Position numbers and translations under genes: made by a program
Shown: positions 24,731 to 31,979 of the stretch, in pieces
Layout of the letters: every line of letters begins with the position of its first letter
How positions within the stretch are numbered: the stretch's first letter is position 1
Origin: Luteitalea sp.
Lineage (GTDB): Bacteria > Acidobacteriota > Vicinamibacteria > Vicinamibacterales > Vicinamibacteraceae
Assembly (NCBI GenBank): GCA_046593715.1
Contig: JBKJQW010000052.1
Location: 28,595 to 60,594 of the forward strand
Direction of reading: 5' to 3'
Length of the DNA stretch: 32,000 nucleotides
The notes under the pieces: model-generated
Told to the model about the DNA's origin: nothing
The model's input: the letters and a program-made list of their open reading frames with translations, nothing else
Databases searched by the model: none

Positions 24731-25756
24731 GTGAGCGACGACCAGCTGTCGCTGTTTGACCTCACACCCAGCCCGCGCGGCCGTGATGAGGAGGCAGCCG
24801 AGCTCGACGCCAACTGGCCAGCCGATGTGCGCGCGCTGGGTGAGCGCATCCCACCGCTGGTGCGGTTCGGCACCAGCAGCTGGAGCTTCCCCGGCTGGTC
24901 CGGCCTCGTCTACCGGCGCCCCCGCAGTCAGGCCGACCTGGCGCGGGAGGGCCTGCGCGAGTACGCACGCTACCCGCTCTTCGGCACGGTCGGTATCGAC
25001 CGCAGCTACTACGCCCCGTTGACCGGCGAGGACCTCCAGCGCTATGCCGCGCAGTTGCCGCCCGGCTTTCCCTGCTGTGCGAAGGTCCCTGCGCTGTACG
25101 CCTCGCCGGTGTTGCCTGGCGGAGGCCGCGGGTCGGCCGCGATCGCCAACCCGGACTTCCTGTCGCCGGCGGGCTTCCTTGCCGATGTCGTCCGGCCGTT
25201 CCTGCTGCACTTCCGGGGGCATCTCGGTCCGTTCATTCTCGAGATTCCTCCGGTGGCGCCCGAGGCACGGCTCGATGCGGACGAATTTGCAGACCGCCTG
25301 GGCCGTTTCCTGCATGCCCTGCCGCGCGAGTGCCCGATGTCGGTCGAACTTCGCGATCGCCGACTGCTCACACCGGCCTATGCGTCGGTGTTGACGCAGA
25401 CGGGGGCCGCGCATGTCATGAACTACTGGTCCGCCATGCCGATGCCAGGGGAGCAGGCGGCCCTGGTCGATGTCGCCGCCGCCCCGTTCGCGGTCGTGCG
25501 CCTGCTGCTGCGCCCGGGCATGCGCTACGAGGCGCGACGCGACGACTTCCGCCCGTTCAACCGCATCGTCGACCAGGACGACCGGCTGCGGCGCGACGTC
25601 ACGCGGCTGATCAGCGACGCCTCCGGACGGCAGCAACCGGTCTATGTGCTGGTCAACAACAAGGCCGAAGGGTCGGCGCCACTGACCATTCGCGCACTCG
25701 CCGAGCTGCTGGTCGCCGACCTCGGGGACCGACACACCGCGCCCGAGCGCGCCTGA
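24731..25756 (+). CDS. DUF72 (YecE/UPF0759) family protein with a 47-aa N-terminal extension bearing QLSLF (341 aa)
   Basis: This is the C-terminal in-frame part of ORF 23852..25756; the upstream part is antisense shadow of the hydrolase gene. The first possible start after that gene is GTG 24731. The DUF72 core begins at VRFGTSSWSFPGWSGLVY and continues with YARYPLFGTVGIDRSYY and VYVLVNNKAEGSAP. An alternative start is GTG 24827. Confidence 0.8.
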   Translation: MSDDQLSLFDLTPSPRGRDEEAAELDANWPADVRALGERIPPLVRFGTSSWSFPGWSGLVYRRPRSQADLAREGLREYARYPLFGTVGIDRSYYAPLTGEDLQRYAAQLPPGFPCCAKVPALYASPVLPGGGRGSAAIANPDFLSPAGFLADVVRPFLLHFRGHLGPFILEIPPVAPEARLDADEFADRLGRFLHALPRECPMSVELRDRRLLTPAYASVLTQTGAAHVMNYWSAMPMPGEQAALVDVAAAPFAVVRLLLRPGMRYEARRDDFRPFNRIVDQDDRLRRDVTRLISDASGRQQPVYVLVNNKAEGSAPLTIRALAELLVADLGDRHTAPERA

Positions 25757-25762
25757 CCAGTC

Positions 25763-25783
25763 GCGGGGAGGGCCTCCGCCCGC
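25763..25783. terminator. Weak imperfect GC hairpin between convergent DUF72 and qor
   Basis: GCGGGGAGGGCCTCCGCCCGC has outer GCGGG/CCCGC pairing plus an inner GG/CT(C). There are internal mismatches and no U-tract. It is the only convergent junction in the window that has any spacer (57 nt). Confidence 0.2.
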
Positions 25784-25813
25784 GTCATGACCGTGCGGTG
25801 CGACGGCCTGCCC

Positions 25814-26809
25814 TTACAACACCAGAACAATCTTGCCGATGTGGGCGCTTGATTCCATCAGCGCGTGGGCCGCGGCGGCCTGATCGAGTGGAAACACCTG
25901 GTGGATACGCGGTCGCACCTGACCGCTGGCGATCCGGGGCCACACCTGGCGTTCCAGCGCCGCCGCGAGGCGCGCTTTCTCCGCGACGGGACGCGGCCGC
26001 AGCGTCGAGCCGGTGAAGGTCAGCCGCCGTCGCATCACCAGCGCGGCGTCGATAGTGACCGTACCGCCGCGCAGGACGGCAATCTGCACCAATCGCCCAT
26101 CCTCGGCCAGCAACGACAGGTTGCGGGCCACGTACTCACCGCCCACCATGTCGAGGATGACGTCGACGCCACGGCCGCCGGTGGCGTCGAGCAGGACGGC
26201 CACGAAGTCCTGCTGCGCGTAATTCACGGCCGCCGCCGCGCCGAGATCCAGACACGCGGCGCACTTGTCGGCCGAACCCGCGGTGGCATACACCGTGGCG
26301 CCGCCCGTGGCGGCCAACTGGATGGCCGTCGTGCCGATCCCGCTCGACCCGCCATGCACGAGCAGTGACTCGCCGGCCCGCAGACGCCCACGCTCGAACA
26401 CGTTGGTCCACACGGTGAAACACGCTTCGGGTAAGGCCGCCGCTTCGACCATCGACAAGCGCTCCGGACGCGGCAGGCATTGCCCGGCCGGCGCCACCGC
26501 GTATGCCGCATAGCCCCCACCCGCGAGGAGCGCGCAGACCTGGTCGCCCTCCCGCCAGCGCTCGACGCCCGCACCGCACGCCGCGATCACGCCAGCCACC
26601 TCCAGCCCGGGCAGGTCCGTGACACCCGGAGGCGGAGCGTAGCGGCCCTGGCGCTGGAACACGTCGGGACGGTTGATGCCGGCGGCAGCCACCTCGATGA
26701 GCACGTCGTCAGGCCCCGGGATCGGCGTCGGACGGACGGTGTAGGTCAAGACCTCCGGGCCACCAAAGGTGCGGATCTCGACCGCCCGCATCGTGGTTGG
26801 CAGGGCCAT
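25814..26809 (-). CDS. qor: NAD(P)H:quinone oxidoreductase, zeta-crystallin/MDR family (331 aa)
   Basis: I trimmed ORF 25814..27184 to ATG 26809 (MALPTTMRAVEIRTFGGPEVL). Supporting motifs are GINRPDVFQRQGRYAPPPG, GLEVAGVI, the cofactor loop VHGGSSGIGTTAIQLA, and the C-terminal HIGKIVLVL. Confidence 0.9.
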   Translation of the reverse strand: MALPTTMRAVEIRTFGGPEVLTYTVRPTPIPGPDDVLIEVAAAGINRPDVFQRQGRYAPPPGVTDLPGLEVAGVIAACGAGVERWREGDQVCALLAGGGYAAYAVAPAGQCLPRPERLSMVEAAALPEACFTVWTNVFERGRLRAGESLLVHGGSSGIGTTAIQLAATGGATVYATAGSADKCAACLDLGAAAAVNYAQQDFVAVLLDATGGRGVDVILDMVGGEYVARNLSLLAEDGRLVQIAVLRGGTVTIDAALVMRRRLTFTGSTLRPRPVAEKARLAAALERQVWPRIASGQVRPRIHQVFPLDQAAAAHALMESSAHIGKIVLVL

Positions 26810-26815
26810 GCCGCG

Positions 26816-26840
26816 AGCATACGTCACGTGCCCGTATGAT
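26816..26840. promoter_or_regulatory. Mirror-symmetric divergent promoter/operator: TATGCT (-) and TATGAT (+), each 6 nt from its ATG, within the dyad CATACG-N9-CGTATG around CACGTG
   Basis: The intergenic region is only 37 nt (26810-26846). On the plus strand, TATGAT is at 26835-26840, followed by GGGCGG and then ATG 26847. On the minus strand, TATGCT is at 26821->26816, followed by CGCGGC and then ATG 26809. The dyad arms CATACG (26818-26823) / CGTATG (26833-26838) and the central CACGTG (26825-30) are centred on the midpoint, 26828. Confidence 0.45.
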
Positions 26841-26846
26841 GGGCGG

Positions 26847-28214
26847 ATGGCACGGCGCGGCACCTTCTTGCGTGAGGCCCTCCTGCCGATGGTCAAGCTG
26901 GCGCTGCCGGTGATCGCCGCCGAACTCGGCTGGATGGGCATGGGTGTGGTCGACACGCTGATGGTCGGCCCGCTCGGGCCGGCCGCACTCGGCGGCACTG
27001 GCATCGGCAGCACGCTCTTCATCGCCATCGGCATCTTCGGGATGGGGCTGTTGCTCGGCCTCGATCCAGTGGTGGCGCGGGCGTTCGGCGCCGGCGACCG
27101 CGACGAGTGCGACCGATGGCTCGTCGCCGGCCTCTGGCTGGCTCTGGTGTCGACCCCTCCGCTGACCGTGGTGCTCCTCGCCATGTGGTGGGCGCTGCCC
27201 TCGCTCGGCTTCCACGGAGCCGTCCTTCCACACGTCGACGCCTACTTCCCCATCGTGGCGCTGAGTCTCCCCCCGCTGCTCGGATACGCGGCGCTGCGGC
27301 GCTATCTGCAGGCGCTGTCGCGTGTGCGTGCCATTGCCTTCACGCTGGTCTCGGCCAACCTGGTCAACATCGTCGCCAACTGGCTCCTGATCTACGGCAT
27401 CGGCCCGGCGCCGGCACTCGGCGTGCGCGGCTCTGCGTGGGCGACCGTCATCTCGCGCGTTTACATGCTGCTCGTGCTCGGATGGGTCGCCTGGCGCCTG
27501 CACCGGGCCGGTCCCGAGGGGCGGGTGTCCTTTGCGCTGCCGATGGCCCGGCTCCGTCGTCTCGCCGCACTGGGTCTGCCCGCGGCTGCGCACCTCACCT
27601 TCGAAGTGAGTGTGTTCAGCGCGGTCACCGCGCTGGCCGGGCAACTGCGTCCGGACGCGCTGGCGGCCCATCACATCGCGCTCAACATCGCCAGCGTCGC
27701 CTTCATGGTGCCGCTCGGCGTCTCGGCCGCTGCCGCCGTGCTCGTCGGCCAGCATCTCGGCCGCGGCGCGGCACGCGAGGCGAAGCGTGCTGGCTGGGCC
27801 GCCATCGTCGTGGTCCTCAGCTTCATGTCCGCATCCGCTGCCGCGCTCTTCATGGCGCCCGGCGCCTTCATCGGTCTGTTCACCGCCGATGCGGCAGTCA
27901 TTGCCATCGGCTCGCAACTGCTCGGCGTGGCGGCGGCCTTTCAGCTGTTCGACGGTCTGCAGGTGGCGACGACCGGTGCGCTGCGGGGTCTTGGCGAAAC
28001 CAAGGGACCCATGTTCATCAGTCTCATCGGCTATTGGGTCAGCGGCCTGCCTTTGAGCTGGTGGCTCTGCTTCAGGGCCGGCTACGGCGTGGTTGGTCTC
28101 TGGTTGGGTCTGGCGGCAAGCCTTTGCCTCGTGGGCATAGCGCTGCTGTTCCTGTGGTATCGACGGATCGAGCAGGTCACGCGCCAACTGGGGCTGGCGG
28201 TGGCGGCCTCGTGA
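26847..28214 (+). CDS. MATE family efflux transporter (455 aa)
   Basis: I trimmed ORF 26769..28214 to ATG 26847 (MARRGTFLREALLPMVKLALPVIAAELGWMGMGVVDTLMVGPLG). The protein has about 12 hydrophobic helices and a NorM-like repeat architecture (ALRRYLQA..., GALRGLGETKGPM). Confidence 0.88.
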   Translation: MARRGTFLREALLPMVKLALPVIAAELGWMGMGVVDTLMVGPLGPAALGGTGIGSTLFIAIGIFGMGLLLGLDPVVARAFGAGDRDECDRWLVAGLWLALVSTPPLTVVLLAMWWALPSLGFHGAVLPHVDAYFPIVALSLPPLLGYAALRRYLQALSRVRAIAFTLVSANLVNIVANWLLIYGIGPAPALGVRGSAWATVISRVYMLLVLGWVAWRLHRAGPEGRVSFALPMARLRRLAALGLPAAAHLTFEVSVFSAVTALAGQLRPDALAAHHIALNIASVAFMVPLGVSAAAAVLVGQHLGRGAAREAKRAGWAAIVVVLSFMSASAAALFMAPGAFIGLFTADAAVIAIGSQLLGVAAAFQLFDGLQVATTGALRGLGETKGPMFISLIGYWVSGLPLSWWLCFRAGYGVVGLWLGLAASLCLVGIALLFLWYRRIEQVTRQLGLAVAAS

Positions 28215-29233
28215 CGACGATGGAGGATCGACTCGACGCGGCGCTGGCCGGCCTGCCGCGCGTCGCCCTGGGACATTGGCCGACGCCGCTGGTGCCCCTG
28301 CGCCGCCTGGGGCAGTCCCTCGGGATCGATCTGTGGCTCAAGCGCGACGACTGCAGCGGACTCGCCCTCGGCGGCAACAAGGCGCGCAAACTCGAATTCG
28401 TGCTCGGTGACGCGATGGCCCGCGGCGCGACGACGGTGGTCACCGCAGGTCCGCTGACGTCCAACCATACGATGATGACCACCGCCGCCGCACGCCGGCT
28501 GGGTCTCGACGTGCACGTGGTGCTTGGCGGCGCCGAACCCGAGGTGCCGACCGGCAACCTGGCGCTGACGCGTCTGTACGGCGCGCACATGCACTTCACC
28601 GCGATGGATACGGCCGATCCCTCCCTGGACGACCTGCACGCCTCGCGGCTGCTGTGCGAGCAGCTGGTCACCTCGAGCGGTGGCTACTGGATTCCTCCGG
28701 GGGCCTCGATGCCCGCATCGGTCCCCGGCTACGTGGCCTGTATCGGCGAGGTCATCGCACAGTCGGCCGGCAGGTTTCCGTTCGATGTGGTGGTGGTCGC
28801 CTACGGCACCGGATCGACGTCAGCGGGGGTCTACGCGGGGCTGGCGCTGGCCAACGTGCCGGTGACCCTGTACGCGGTGGCGGTGTCGTCGCGGGCGGCG
28901 ATGGCGCGGTTCGCCGCGCCATCGCCACTCCACCTGGCACAAGCGGCCGTGGACCTCTACCGATGGCCGGTGGCGCTCGAGCGGACGCCGGTGCGGGTGT
29001 GCTGGGAGCAACCCGCGCACGAGCCCGGGTATGGGGTTGCCGCACCAGCGGCGGAAGCGGCGCTGAGGCGCGTGGCCCGCGAGGAGGGATACCTGCTCGA
29101 CCCCATCTACACCGCCAAGGCCGCGGCCGCGATGATCGAGATGTCCGGCGACGGCCGGATCGCCCGCGGCTCACGCGTCCTGTTCATGCATACGGGCGGG
29201 CTGTCAACCACCGCCGGCGGTCACGCACACTGA
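28211..29233 (+). CDS. PLP-dependent enzyme of the ACC deaminase / D-cysteine desulfhydrase family (340 aa)
   Basis: This is the in-frame C-terminal part of ORF 27107..29233. The GTG at 28211 overlaps the MATE TGA as GTGA; an alternative start is ATG 28220 (MEDRLDAAL). Supporting motifs are WPTPLVPL, LWLKRDDCSGLALGGNKARKLEF (PLP lysine), LTSNHTMMTTAAARRLGL, and FMHTGG at the C-terminus. Confidence 0.85.
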   Translation: MTTMEDRLDAALAGLPRVALGHWPTPLVPLRRLGQSLGIDLWLKRDDCSGLALGGNKARKLEFVLGDAMARGATTVVTAGPLTSNHTMMTTAAARRLGLDVHVVLGGAEPEVPTGNLALTRLYGAHMHFTAMDTADPSLDDLHASRLLCEQLVTSSGGYWIPPGASMPASVPGYVACIGEVIAQSAGRFPFDVVVVAYGTGSTSAGVYAGLALANVPVTLYAVAVSSRAAMARFAAPSPLHLAQAAVDLYRWPVALERTPVRVCWEQPAHEPGYGVAAPAAEAALRRVAREEGYLLDPIYTAKAAAAMIEMSGDGRIARGSRVLFMHTGGLSTTAGGHAH

Positions 29234-29247
29234 ATGAGGCTTTCACG

Positions 29248-30210
29248 ATGACGACCCCGCTGCCCCTCGGCTTCGGCGTGACCGGTACGGTCCCGCTGCG
29301 CCTGAACGACGCCCACTGCCATTTCTTCTCGCAGCGCTTCTTCGACGTCCTCGGTCGTCAGAAGGGTCTGCCCGGCGACGCCCCGGGACAGGACGTGACA
29401 CGACTGGTCGGCTGGGACCATCCCGGTTCATCAGAGAGCCTTGCCGATCGGTGGGCCGAGACGCTGACGGGCGCCGGCGTGGCACGCGCGATGCTGATTG
29501 GCAGTGTCCCCGGCGAAGAGGAGCAGGTGGCCAGGGCCGTGTCTCGCCACCCGGATCGGTTCATCGGGGCGTTCATGCTGGACCCGACCCAGGAGGGCGC
29601 GCTCACGCGCGTGGCCTGGGCGCTGTCGCAGCCCGGCATGCGCGTGGTCTGCCTGTTTCCCGCCATGCACGGGTACTCGCCGACCGACCCACGCGTGCTC
29701 GGTCTGGCCGAGCAGGTCGCGGGCAGCAGCGGCGCCGCGCTGTTTGTGCATTGTGGCGTCCTGACGATTGGCATTCGCAAGAAACTCGGCCTGCCCAGTG
29801 CATTCGAGGCGCGCCACGGCAACCCGCTCGAACTGCAGGGACTGGCGCTGCGGCACCCGACGCTGCCGATCATCGTGCCGCACTTCGGCGCCGGCTTCTT
29901 CCGTGAGCTGCTGATGGTGGCCGACACCTGCCCGAACGTCGTCGTGGACACCTCGTCGAGCAATGGGTGGATGAAGTACAGCCCCGGCCTGACGTTGCGC
30001 CACGTCTTTGCCCAGGCGCTGGCAGTGCTCGGCGCCGACCGTCTGCTGTTTGGCACCGACTCGTCGTTCTTCCCGCGCGGGTGGCACGCCGCCATCCGCG
30101 ACACCCAGCTGGCGTTACTCGAGGAACTCGCGGTGCCGATGTCGGATCAGCAGGCGATTTGTGCGGGCAACTTCGACCGTCTCTTCCCCCGCCCTACTTC
30201 GCGTCCATGA
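29248..30210 (+). CDS. Amidohydrolase-2 family metal-dependent TIM-barrel hydrolase (320 aa)
   Basis: This is the in-frame part of ORF 28654..30210 from ATG 29248 (MTTPLPLGFG). Supporting motifs are DAHCHFF, LFVHCG, IIVPHFGAGFF, NVVVDTSSS and LLFGTDSSFFPRGW. It starts 14 nt after the PLP enzyme gene. Confidence 0.82.
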   Translation: MTTPLPLGFGVTGTVPLRLNDAHCHFFSQRFFDVLGRQKGLPGDAPGQDVTRLVGWDHPGSSESLADRWAETLTGAGVARAMLIGSVPGEEEQVARAVSRHPDRFIGAFMLDPTQEGALTRVAWALSQPGMRVVCLFPAMHGYSPTDPRVLGLAEQVAGSSGAALFVHCGVLTIGIRKKLGLPSAFEARHGNPLELQGLALRHPTLPIIVPHFGAGFFRELLMVADTCPNVVVDTSSSNGWMKYSPGLTLRHVFAQALAVLGADRLLFGTDSSFFPRGWHAAIRDTQLALLEELAVPMSDQQAICAGNFDRLFPRPTSRP

Positions 30211-30670
30211 GCTCGATCTCGAAGACGAGGGTCGCCTCCGACGGAATCGAGGGCGCGGATCCCGCCGCGCCGTAGGCCAGCCTGGCCGGGATAATCAGCT
30301 CGCGGGTGCCGCCTTCCTTCATCCCGGCAACCCCGCGCTCCCAGCCCGGGATGACCTGCGCGCCTCCGAGCACGAAGTCGAAGGTCCGGCCACTGGTACG
30401 CGAGGAGTCGAACTGCCGGCCGCGCCGAAGAGGCGCGGCGCTGTCGTACAGCCAGCCGGTGTAGTGCACCACCAGGCGGCGGCCCGGCAGCGCGGCTTCG
30501 CCTGCCCCCGCTGCGACCTCGCGAATCTGCACGGTCTCGAGCGTGGTACGAGCCCGCGCGGCCTCTTCGGGCGTGTAGGCGGGGCCGGCCCCGCCACAAC
30601 CCGCAGCGACGGCCAGCAGGACGAGCATGGGCGTGAGGAGACGCCAACGGAGAACAGGTATGAGCATCAT
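30194..30670 (-). CDS. FKBP-type peptidyl-prolyl cis-trans isomerase, probable lipoprotein (158 aa)
   Basis: There is a signal peptide with LLAVAAGC. The FKBP core is VVHYTGWLYD...QFDSS...FDFVLGGAQVIPGWERGVAGMKEGGTRELIIPARLAYG. Confidence 0.9.
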   Translation of the reverse strand: MMLIPVLRWRLLTPMLVLLAVAAGCGGAGPAYTPEEAARARTTLETVQIREVAAGAGEAALPGRRLVVHYTGWLYDSAAPLRRGRQFDSSRTSGRTFDFVLGGAQVIPGWERGVAGMKEGGTRELIIPARLAYGAAGSAPSIPSEATLVFEIELMDAK

Positions 30671-30674
30671 GGGT

Positions 30675-31979
30675 TCACTGACGGTGAAGACCTGGCGCGA
30701 CAGCGAGATCGCCTGGCAGGTGTGGCATGCGCAGCAGGGTGGTGAAGACGTCCCAGCGACGCGCCGGGTGGGCGTGCGTGCCGCCCTCGCGATTGACGAA
30801 GGCCGCGATGAGATCCTCGCCCAGGTTGTAGTTGATCACGTAGCTTCGATATCGATCGAAGAAGCGCACCCGCTGCGCCGCGCGGTGCGGCCCCATCAGC
30901 GCGTATCGCTCGAGCCACGCCACCGCGTCGGTGGCTGAGGCCTTGCCGTCCAGGTACAGACGCGCGGCCTCGTTGCCAGCGTAGGACAACCGGCCGGCCA
31001 GCTTTTGCACGTGCTGGTAGCGCTCCGCATGCACGGGGTCGAGGCCGGCGAGGGGAAACAGAAGATCGCGCTCCAGCGCCAGCCGATCCGCCGCGGGGAA
31101 CGCGACCGCGATGCCGAAATTGGCGGTGCCTTCCGCAATGAGGCTTCGTGGCGAGAACAGGGGGTAGACGGACCATTCGACCCAGCCGCGCTCGCGCACC
31201 AGGTGCTGTTCGATCAGCACGTTGTAGACGTGGTGTCCCGGGTAGCCCTCATGGCAGGCCAGGTCGAGGGCGCGGTCGATGTAGATAGGCAGATCGGTGT
31301 TGACCTGGATGACGCTCCGGTAGTGGCCCTGGTACCAGTTGTAGCCACTCCAGGGTGTACCGGTGACGTACTCCAGCGCGAACTGTTCAGCCGCCGGCAG
31401 CACGATGTGGTCGCGGGTCCTGGCGCGGCCAGCGTCGATGGCCGCGCGAAACACCGCATCCACGTTCTCGCGGGGGACCACGAACCCGGCCCGAAACGCC
31501 TCATAGCGGACCGGTATCGGCCCGCGTCCGGGCAGCACCGCGTCCAGCGCCGTCAGCAGTTGGTCGAAATAGGCTGACTCGTGGGTCGGCGCTACGGTGT
31601 CGTACAGGACGGCGGATTCCTCGTCGAACGACAGTCGCTGTCCCCGCTGCAACGCGACGCGCGCGACAAGCGCCCGAACCTGGCCGCGCAGTACTCGCAG
31701 GCGCCGGGCAGCCATCTCCTCGCTCGGCAGGTCCAGGGCCGCCAGTCGCATCTGCAGGGCATCGAGGTCGCTGGCGATGGCGGTCAGCGGCGCGGCCGCG
31801 GCGCGCGCCTCCGTCTGCCACGCCATTGGACCGTAGTACGCATCCACGGCGTCGGGGTCGTGCACGCCGGCCGCCAGCACCAGCCGCACATACTCGTGCG
31901 CACCTTGGTCCATGGTCACCATCGCGGGTGCAGCATGTGCTGGGAGGCCCGCTCTCCACAAGGCGCGCATCGACGCCAC
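30675..31979 (-). CDS. Putative metallohydrolase with a HExxPGHH motif (DUF885-like); 5' end uncertain
   Basis: The frame is high-GC3 and contains LDLACHEGYPGHHVYNVL, which matches the HExxPGHH signature I associate with DUF885. The stop lies 4 nt upstream of the FKBP ATG. Candidate starts are GTG 31979, ATG 31970 and ATG 31922/31913. GC3 rises only after about 31922. The frame is still open at the window edge (32000), so the gene could extend further. Confidence 0.7.
   Translation of the reverse strand: MASMRALWRAGLPAHAAPAMVTMDQGAHEYVRLVLAAGVHDPDAVDAYYGPMAWQTEARAAAAPLTAIASDLDALQMRLAALDLPSEEMAARRLRVLRGQVRALVARVALQRGQRLSFDEESAVLYDTVAPTHESAYFDQLLTALDAVLPGRGPIPVRYEAFRAGFVVPRENVDAVFRAAIDAGRARTRDHIVLPAAEQFALEYVTGTPWSGYNWYQGHYRSVIQVNTDLPIYIDRALDLACHEGYPGHHVYNVLIEQHLVRERGWVEWSVYPLFSPRSLIAEGTANFGIAVAFPAADRLALERDLLFPLAGLDPVHAERYQHVQKLAGRLSYAGNEAARLYLDGKASATDAVAWLERYALMGPHRAAQRVRFFDRYRSYVINYNLGEDLIAAFVNREGGTHAHPARRWDVFTTLLRMPHLPGDLAVAPGLHRQ

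Noticed and set aside
26826-26833. The octamer ACGTGCCC is shared between the qor/MATE dyad and the psd-upstream hairpin (17843-17850), a possible common regulator site.
   Set aside because: For this base composition I estimate a few chance occurrences of such an 8-mer in 64 kb of two-strand sequence, so two hits are not significant.
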